In this document: positions 52,571 to 64,000 of the stretch, piece after piece
How the letters are laid out: each line of letters begins with the position of its first letter
How positions within the stretch are numbered: the stretch's first letter is position 1
Assembly: GCF_009914755.1 (NCBI RefSeq)
Contig: NC_060940.1
From: the human T2T-CHM13v2.0 reference genome, Homo sapiens
Length of the DNA stretch: 64,000 nucleotides
Direction: 5' to 3' (one strand)
Translations under genes and position numbers: made by a program
Notes under the pieces: model-generated
Databases searched by the model: none
Told to the model about the DNA's origin: nothing
What the model saw: only the letters and a program-made list of their open reading frames with translations

Positions 52571-52847
52571 TTAAAAACACTTATTAGGTTATATTAGCAT
52601 AAATATAAAAAGCTGTAAAAACATAAAAGTACAGTTTGGAAGAAAATAAATACTTATAAGGCCTTATAAGTTGCTGTAATGAACTACAAGGTACTAACTG
52701 AGGTGAATTACCCTGGGATTTTATTATAAAAACTATTGCTTAAAAGAACTAGAACCTAATTGTGGTCATGGTTGCACAACTCTGTGAATATAATGAAAAC
52801 CACTGAATTGTGTACACTTTAAATAGGTTGTATAGTATGGTGAATTA

Positions 52848-53219
<372 letters not shown>

Positions 53220-54927
53220 CTAAACTTGAAAACGTGGACTATGATTTTTATTATAATGTAGCTTACGTAGTATGTCAGGTTTCTTTTGTGTTTATATAAG
53301 TAGTAATGAAGCACTATTAACATTCTATAACAGGGCTAACAGAGTTTTACCACAACACCCTTCTCGTCCATCTTTGAAGCCAATCTCTATAAAGCTTTTC
53401 TGACCATGAAGTCATTGTCTATACCAGGGTGTCGAAACTGTAAGATCACAATTACTCAGCTTGAAAAACAAAAACGGTCACTGTCCCCCATTCTTGGGAC
53501 TTACCCTACAGACTGATATAAAATATTAAATGTGGAATCCTAGAATCCTTATTTAAAACCGACCAACTACCCATCCATCCAATCAACCACTCAGGCGATC
53601 TGAAGATTGGTGAGACTTGGTTATCACTGGTTTATATTACCACCTTAGGCTTAATATACAAAAGTAGGGCTAAAACATGTACTTTCAACAGAAATGCTAT
53701 CCTTTCCAGATGGGTGAAAATTGGTTTGGGGTAACTAAGAAAAAAAAAAAACTTACGACTTCTATGTAAAAAGTACAAATATACAGCACATAAACTCTAT
53801 CTGTGGTATTAAAAGTAAGAGGTTTAGAAAAAAATGGCTAGAAAGGCTCCTCAGGAAGGAAAGTGATAACGTTTTGAGAATCACTGGGCTAAAGTAATGA
53901 AACTGAACTTTTAATCAATTTATCATAATCCGTGCCCTAAAATGAATGGTGTCTGTACCTATGGAGTAACCTTGGAAAGTCATACTCTTTTTCTATTGAT
54001 GTTTTTCTATTGATGCTGCCATTGCTCCAAGTATTCTAGCGCCAATTTCTTTAGAGTTTCCTTTAGCCTAGGGACACATTTAAAAAATACTATTAACTTT
54101 GAGATAACCAAGTTATCACAGTTAACATCTTGATATTTGTCTATAATGCATACATACATACCTTTTATTAAAAAAAAGGGACCTTTTGGTATGTCCTAAT
54201 CCATAAATTGCTTTATGTGACAACATGCTGTGGAGTTTTATGTATCAACTAATATTTTTGAATGGTTGAATACTGTTCCATTCTATAAGTTATTTAACTA
54301 GTTCCCTAATGCTGGATATTAACTTGTTTCTAATTTTTCACAATTATAAACTAGTATTACAATAGCCATCCTTGTAGATAAACTTTTGCTAAGTTTTAGC
54401 TAACTTAATGACACATCTTCATGAGGGTGAATTTGATTTCTGAAAAATTTCAAAACTCATTAGAGTCCAGTCTTATGAAAACGGCTGCCTGTTCAAGTTG
54501 GATGATGTAAGTTAAAATTTCTAAATAAAAGTGCCATATGAATGAAAGGCATCAAACTGTTAATTGATAAGTCAAAAAGAGCAAGGGATACAGTTTAGTT
54601 TTCTGTAACAGCTAACTAAGAATAAAACGAGAATAAAAACCTTGAATTTTTGAGTCAGATATACTTTGAAGGTGTTGATAATTACAAATTTTTCTCTTAA
54701 TGTCTTTTGATAAAATTTGTTTTTGGGTCTGGGTGGTAGGAATAGGAAATTAAGATTATACGCACATATCTACACTTGTAGATTTAGCATTCAATGTTTC
54801 ATGTTTTGGAAACAAAGTTCTAAGATGCACATATGGCTGTGGCATGTGACAAACCCCTATAGCCAGCAAACGGAGGCTGGTGTGCTGAAGAACGTGAATG
54901 AGTGAGCGAGGATGGAACAGGAGCTAA

Positions 54928-55340
<413 letters not shown>

Positions 55341-55683
55341 AGATACATACACACAGAAAACGGTTTAGAAGAAAATATACCAGGTATTAACACTGAGTGC
55401 CTTTAGGTATGTGAGATGTTTTCTTTCCCTTCATTTTGTTTGATTTTACTTTTTAATTTTTCTGTAATGATCATGTCCCTTTAGTCATGAAAACATTTCT
55501 TAAAGGAGACACAAAAATTGTTCAGATAAAATTTTAGTTAAAAAGCAGGTGGATGAAAAAGCTAGCACGCTGAATTTCTTAAAGTTAGAAGATAAAAGGA
55601 AAAATTAACAAACAAACCTGAAATGGGAGATGTTCAATTTAATGTGAAAAACAAGCACATTTCAAAATATGTTTTATTGGTAC

Positions 55684-55781
55684 CTCCTCTGATGTCACTT
55701 TTCCAATCCTATAGTCAGGACAATACAAGGGATTAGCCAAGGCATTCCGGTAAGCTGCTGCATGCAAATTTTCAATGACAT
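55684..55781 (-). CDS. UQCRC2: UQCRC2 exon 7
   Basis: Encodes [32 protein letters not shown]; 98 nt. Confidence 0.97.
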
Positions 55782-57420
55782 CTGTGAGATAAGTGAAGAA
55801 GCATTTAGGGAAATGCACTTTCAGTAAAGACAACATTTTTAAAACCTAGAAAGCAACAAGCCTATACAAATTTGGTCATCTTCTGGCATTCATATGTTAA
55901 GAGGACTTAAAATTTATTATTATTTAACCTCTAGTAACTGCCAGTTTCTGCCAGTAGAATGTGCTGAGAAAAAAATAAAAAAGATTACATGGCAGCAGCT
56001 TCTATATACTGGAGTCCACCTAAACCACTTTTCTAACTTTAACCTAGCTGGTATCACTTGGAAGGTATACTGGCCTGGGTTTTGGGAAGTCCCCATCTAG
56101 TTATGGTTCTGCCGCCATCTTGCCATGTGACCTTGGACAAGTCATTTAATCTGAATTTTACTTACTCCTAGGTTTCCTCTCTAGGTAATAAGGAGATTGT
56201 CAGGTAGCTTTCAGGGGACCAATGGGAGCTTCCACTGGGACTTACTCCTCTGTGGTGCTTGGTGCTTTCCCTGCTTTCTTGCTTCAATGCCTTTTTGCCT
56301 GCAGTATTTCCTTCAGTTGCTCATTACCTGGCAACTTGCCTATGCGAGGCACTGTGCTAGGTGCTAGAAATACAGAGATGTGGAACATACAATGCCTGCC
56401 CTCAAATTTTAAGAGGAAAAACTGTGAAATAAAGTATTATGGGTGCAATGTCGGCAGTGTGTCAAAAGTGCAGTAGAGGTACAAGGCAAGGGCAGTGGGA
56501 ATTGGAAAACAATTAATACAAGTAATATGTGGGATCCATCTTACAGAATGAGCTGGTGTTTCCCAGGGGAAATCATTTGGGAACAGCATTTTAGGCACAG
56601 GAAGCAGACAAAACAAAGGCATAAAGTATAACAATAATTTGATTCAAATGGGAATTGCAGCTGGAAGGAGAAGAGGGTAGAGCATAAAGTAAGAGAAGTG
56701 GGCTGGGGTAAGATCACGCAAGGCCATATACGTATATGCTGTTTGGACTTTATCCCATAGATAATAAGAAGGCTTACTTTCACGTCAGAAGGATCACTGT
56801 AATGGCCGTGTGGGAGATGGACTCAAGACGTAAACCTGGAGGCTGACACCAGCCAGGAGACTACACAGTAACTGTTCAGGCAGAATAGATGCAGGCTGGT
56901 GCCTCACTGCCGCCAGTGGGGAAGAAGCCACTCTGGACACATAGGTCATCTTTTCTAAAATTGTACTATTCTATCTATTTCTTCAGTAGAAATCCTGAGC
57001 AACAAAGATAATGCTCCTCTGTGACACCAAGCATCATCATGAAATAACATCAGTCCCCAGGCCTGCATGTGGAGGGGAGCCTGTCCCATGCTGAGCCACT
57101 GAGTTGAGCTATTTCTGCTCTTCCTGCACATTTCTGCTCCCACCAGAAGTTGTATGACTCCCAAGAGTCAGCGGCGCTTGCTTACAGACTTGTATTACCA
57201 GTTGTACTTGTCAAGATTATATAATTAGACATTATATAAACATAAAATATGAATGCAAAAAAGATTCCTATTAAAAAAATTAAGTTACTTACTTTGGAAA
57301 GACTCAATAAAGAGGAGATGGCTAAACAATAATAGCAATACAATAGTAAGCAATAATAGCAGCAGCAATAAACTGGTGTAGGATTTGGGGTAAGCAAAAC
57401 AACTCTTAAAAATCACTAGG

Positions 57421-57733
57421 GGTCAGGCACAGTGGCTCACGCCTGTAATCCCAGCACTTTGGGAAGCTGAGGTGGGAGGATCACTTCAGCCCAGGAGTTC
57501 GAGACCAGCCTGGGCAATAGAGTGAGACCTCATCTCTATAAAAAAATAAAAATAAAAATTAGCAGGGTGCGGTGGTGTGTGCCTGTAGTCCCAGCTACTC
57601 AGGAGGCTGAGGTAGGAGGATCACCTGAGTCCAGAAGGTTCAGGCTGCAGTGAGATTGTGCCACTGCACTCCAGCCTGGGCAACAAGCAACACCCTGTCT
57701 CAAAAACAAACAAACAAACAAACAAAAACAAAA
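57421..57733 (+). mobile_element. AluJ
   Basis: Full Alu with (CAAA)n tail. Confidence 0.93.
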
Positions 57734-57892
57734 CATTGGGAAGGAAACAGGAAAAACTTCTAGGATCTTACAAACAATTTACTTACCATCAAACATGAAA
57801 AATGATTATAAATGTTTAGAAACAAAAGAATAATAAATCTAAATAACAAATTTTTGAAAAAGATATTTTCAAATTCAAGGAGTAAAACATTT

Positions 57893-58520
<628 letters not shown>

Positions 58521-58672
58521 TTAGGTCTTGTGGTAAGCAGTGTTTTTGAGCAGTTTATGAACAATAATCCAAAATGGAAGTCAGAGGTCATAATGACGCA
58601 TTACAAAGACCAGAAGTGAGCAGCTTAGTATTTCTTTCAAAGCAGAAGTCCTAAACACACACAGGTACTTAC

Positions 58673-58729
58673 ACATCACCCCGCAGGCATTCCACAGTAT
58701 AAGCCATGTTTTCCCTTGTTGCGGTCACA
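58673..58729 (-). CDS. UQCRC2: UQCRC2 exon 5
   Basis: CAG|T; encodes VTATRENMAYTVECLRGD; 57 nt. Confidence 0.97.
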
Positions 58730-58914
58730 CTGAATCGGAAAATAAACTAGAGTAAATCATCTGAATCAGGATAGTAAGCTTTCCCTTATAATCTTCTATC
58801 AACCAATTCCTTTGGAAAGAAAATTTCTGAAGTATAAAAGGTGCGAACAATAATATAACAAAACTCCACATATTAACCAACTAAAATTCAAAATTTTTTT
58901 AAAAACCAGCAAAT

Positions 58915-59625
<711 letters not shown>

Positions 59626-60072
59626 TTGAAGATCTTTTCGTACCCTTCCAAGACCAATTCCCTCACTCTCTCCCACTCTGGAAACCACAATCATAAGCAC
59701 TACATAGTATTTTTCTGCTTAAAAAATTAAAATACCTTAAAGAAATCTTGAAACTTGCTTGTTCACACTCTATTTTGCCCTTCAGTTGTGCTATGTTGAC
59801 GTATGGATCTAGTTCATTCCGTAATGGCTGTATAGTGGTCTCATCATGACTCTGTCATACTTTACCCATTTCCCTAAAGATGGACACTTAGATCGTTTCC
59901 AGTCTTTATAAAGAATACCTTTGTGAATGTGATTAAAAACTGTGGGGTTTTTCAATATTACCAGATATTCCTTGATTCTTTCCTAAGTGGTTGTATCAAT
60001 TTATACTCCTATCAGCAGAATGAGACATTCTCTATCATCTTTACCACTGACAACACAATATATAAAAAATCT

Positions 60073-60376
60073 GGGCTGGGTGCAGTGGCTCACATCTGCA
60101 ATCCCAGCATGCTGGGCTGAGGTGAGAGGATCACCTGAGGCCAGGAGTTCAAGACCAGTCTGGGCAACATAGTGAGACCTCCATTTGTACAAAAAATAAA
60201 AAATTAGCCAGGCATGGAGTCATGTGCCTATAGTCCTAGCTACTTGGGAAGCGGAGGGAGAAGAATCGCTTGGGCCCAGGAGTTCAAGGCTGCAATAAGG
60301 TATGTCTGCACCACTCCACTCCAGCCTGGGAAACAGAGCAAGACCCTGTCTTTAATATAAATTAATTAAAAAAAAA
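60073..60376 (+). mobile_element. AluJ
   Basis: Full J-type Alu. Confidence 0.9.
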
Positions 60377-60379
60377 GAA

Positions 60380-62391
60380 ATGCTGTTTCTGTCCTGAGTG
60401 TTCCACTGACCAGCTGCTCCCCAAGTCTTTCTCCCTCTCTTTGGATATTCCTACTCCTGAGACACAACAATATTGAAATTAAGCTAATGAATAACCCGAC
60501 AATGGCCCCTAAGTATACAAGTGAAAGGAAGAGTCTCATGTCTCTCACTTTAAATCAGAAGCTAGAAAGGATTAAGCTTCTAAGGAAGTCAGGAAGGCAT
60601 GTTAAAAACGGATACAGGTCAAAAGCTAGGCCTCTTGCACCAGTGCAGTTCTTGAAGAAAACTAATAGTGCTACTCCACTGAACACATAAATGATATGAA
60701 AGCAAGACAGACTTATTGCTGATAATACAGAGTTTTACTGGTCTGGATTAGATCAAACTGTATTCCCTTAAGTCAAAGCTTAATCCAGAGCAATGCCCTA
60801 ACTCTCTTCAATTATATGAAGGCTGAGAGAGGTGAGATGCAGAAGAAAAGTCTGAAGCTAGCCGTGGTTAGTTCATGAGCTTTAAGGAAAGAAGCCATCT
60901 TCTTAATATAATAGTACACAGTGAAGCAGCAAATGCTAATATAGAAGCTGCAGCACGTTATCCAGAAGATCTACATAAGATCATCGATGAAGGTGGCTAC
61001 ACTAAACCACAGATTTTCAATGCTGACAAAACAGCCTTACATTGGAAGATGCCGTCCAGGACATTCGTAGCTAGAGAAGTCAATGCCTGGCGTCAAAGCT
61101 TCAAACGACAAGCTGACTCTTGTTGGGGACTAATGCAGCTGGTGACTTTAGGATGAGGTCATTTACCATTCTCAAAATCCTAGAGCCCTTAGGAATTATG
61201 CTAAATCTACTCTGCCTATGCTCTGTAAATGAACAAAAAAGCCTGGATGATAGTACATCTGTTTATAGCATGGTTGACTGAATATTTTAAGCCCATTGCT
61301 CAGAAAAAAGATTCCTTTCAAATTATTACTGCAACAATGCCAAGAGCTCTGATGCAGATGTACAAGGAGATTGACACTGTTTTCATGCCTGCTAATAGAA
61401 CATCCCTTCTGCACCCCATGGATCAAGGAGTAATTTTTATTTTCAAGTCTTATTATTTAAGAAATACATTTTGTAAGGCTACAGCTACCACAGATAGTGA
61501 AGACGCTGATGGATCTGGGCAAAGTAAATTAAAAAACTTTCTGGAAAGAATTCACCATTCTAGACACCATTAAGAACATTTGTGACTCATGGGAGGATGT
61601 CAAAGTATCAACATTAACGTGAGTTTGGAAGAAGCCAATTCCAACCCTTATGGATGACTCTGAGAGGCAAGACTTCAGAGGGGGAAGAAACTGCAACTAT
61701 GGTGGGAGTAGCAAGAGAACTAGAAGTGGGGCCTGAAGATGTGACTGAATGGCTGCAATCTTATGATAAAGCTTGAACAGATGAGGAGATGCTTCTTATG
61801 GATGAGCAAACAAAGTGGTTTCTTGAGATAGAATCTGCTCCTGGTTGAAGATGCTGTGAACACTGTCGAAATGATAAAAAAGAATATTACATAATCTTGG
61901 TTGATAAAAAAGTGGTAAGGTTTGAGATGACTGACTAATTTTGAAAGAAGTTCTGTGGGTAAACGGCTAAAAACAGCATCTCATGCTACAGAGAAGTCTT
62001 TCACAAAAGGAAGAGTCAATCAATGCAGCAAACTTCACTGTTGTCTGATTTTAAGAAATTATCAGTCACCACCACCTTCAGCAACCACCACCTTGATCAG
62101 TCATCAGCCATTAACGTGGAGGCAAGACCCTCCACCAGCAAAGATTATGACTTGCTGAAGATTCAGATAACTGTTAACATTTTTAAAGCAATAAAATATT
62201 TTAAAATTAAGGTTATGTACTTTTTTTCCAAGACAAAATGTCATTGTACACTTAGTAGACCACAGTATAGTGTAAACATAACTTTTATATGCACTGGGAA
62301 ACCACAAAATTCCTATGACTTGCTTTGCTGCAATATTCCCTTCATTGTGGTGGTCTGGAACAGAACCTGCAACATCTCTGAGGTATGCCTA
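60380..62391 (+). mobile_element. Tigger1 DNA transposon, ~2 kb, left end missing, with a disrupted transposase
   Basis: MAPKYTSERKSLMSLTLNQKLE start, [36 protein letters not shown] and [20 protein letters not shown]-domain fragments; right TIR GAGGTATGCCT(A)TA. Confidence 0.93.
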
Positions 62392-62601
62392 TATATTGCA
62401 GATATCTACTCCCAGACAGTTACTTAAATTTTTACTTTAAGACATAAAGATGTTTTACAGTTTGATATACTCAAATTCATCAGTCTTTTCCTTCTTATGT
62501 TGCTTAAGAAATCCTCAACCTCCTTGATAACAGAGAAAAGTTCCCTTAAAATTGAATATTTTCTGGCATTTTCACTATTTTCTATTACTTATTTAACAAA
62601 C

Positions 62602-62666
62602 CTTAATTTGCCACCAACTGCTTCAATTCCACGGGTTATCTTGAAAGATGAAGCTCCTTTTGTCGT
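62602..62666 (-). CDS. UQCRC2: UQCRC2 exon 4
   Basis: Encodes TTKGASSFKITRGIEAVGGKL; 65 nt, ends phase 2. Confidence 0.97.
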
Positions 62667-63085
62667 CTTGAAAAAGAAAGAATGATTATCTTTGTAGCTT
62701 TTCAATGCCAAGTTTGCCAAACATCACACTATATCAAAATCTGTTGTGAGCAGATTTAAAAAGAATTTTACTAAATTCCTGCATCCTTTTTAGTTAAGAA
62801 TTATAAAACAAGGCTCAACAAAAAGCTTAAGTATACATTTTTACATTAAGTACATTCATGTAAAATTTCCACTGTCAAATACAAGCTTACTGGATTCATT
62901 AGTCTATTCTGAAAGAGACTTGTATATGGGAAAAAAAGAGTTAATTTTCTTTCAATTTGCGGCACTTCCTGTTAAAAATTTGTTTACTGATTTCTTATGC
63001 TCTAACATCAACATTCATATGGATACTAATTTAGTGCTTCTCTGTGGCAAATATCTTGTGGTTTCTCATTTTACATTAGGGGACA

Positions 63086-63550
63086 GTACTGGGTTTAACA
63101 GTGTTCCCCCCCAAATTTATGTCCAGCCAGAATATTTGCATGTTACTTTATTTGGTAATAAGGTCTCTGCAGATTTAAGTACTTAAGATGACATCATATT
63201 GAATTATAGTGGGCACTAAATCTAATGTAACTGGTATCCTTATCAGGAGGAAATGTGGACACAGACAGAAGGAAGGCCATGTGACAACAAAGGCAGAGAC
63301 TGCAGTGATGCAGTTGCAGGTCAAGGAACATGAAGGGTTGTGGGCAACTGCTGGAAGCTAGGAACAGGCAGGGGAGGATTTGTGCCTTCCTAGAACCTTT
63401 AGAGGGATCACAGCCCTGCTGATATCTTGGCTTGGCTTAGACACCTTGACTTGGACTTCTAGCCTCTAGAACTGTAACAGGATAAACTTATTTGGTTTAA
63501 GCTACCCAGTCCGTGGTAATTTGTTATGGCAGGTCAAGGAATCAAAATAT
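63086..63550 (+). mobile_element. MLT1 (MaLR) LTR
   Basis: TTATTTGGTAATAAGGTCTCTGCAGAT...GGACTTCTAGCCTCTAGAACTGT...TAATTTGTTATGGCAG. Confidence 0.85.
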
Positions 63551-63634
63551 AAAGACATTGATCTTAGTTTTTCTTTTTCACAGGACCAAGATACCACAGC
63601 ATTTCCAAACACTTGAGGAAGTGAAGATACTCAC

Positions 63635-63966
<332 letters not shown>

Positions 63967-64000
63967 CTAAACATAAAAAACACAGGTTACACGTATTTCT

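Overview
This is human (primate) genomic DNA from the MOSMO-PDZD9-UQCRC2 locus at 16p12, recognised from the translated exons. It holds three genes. MOSMO (- strand): coding exon 1, its CpG-island promoter and about 12.8 kb of intron 1. PDZD9 (+ strand): the complete 4-exon CDS, 795 nt, 264 aa. UQCRC2 (- strand): exons 2-14, with exon 1 beyond the right edge, ending tail-to-tail with PDZD9. All exon boundaries were read by hand at GT/AG sites and keep the frame. The rest is mostly Alu, L1, L2/MIR, MaLR/ERVL LTR and Tigger/mariner remnants, plus a 5'-truncated processed pseudogene of ICA1 in PDZD9 intron 1. Two observations stand out. First, a ~125-bp patchwork templated insertion inside a MADE2 element created a 71-bp, 94%-identical non-Alu inverted repeat that brackets UQCRC2 exon 13. 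Second, UQCRC2 exons 5-12 total 792 nt between two phase-2 introns with oppositely oriented Alus, so a back-spliced circle would carry a stop-free endless ORF. Repeat family and subfamily names come from recalled consensus sequences, not a RepeatMasker run, and repeat boundaries are approximate. Most short ORFs in the supplied track are repeat-derived or chance. No tRNA, rRNA or CRISPR features were seen.
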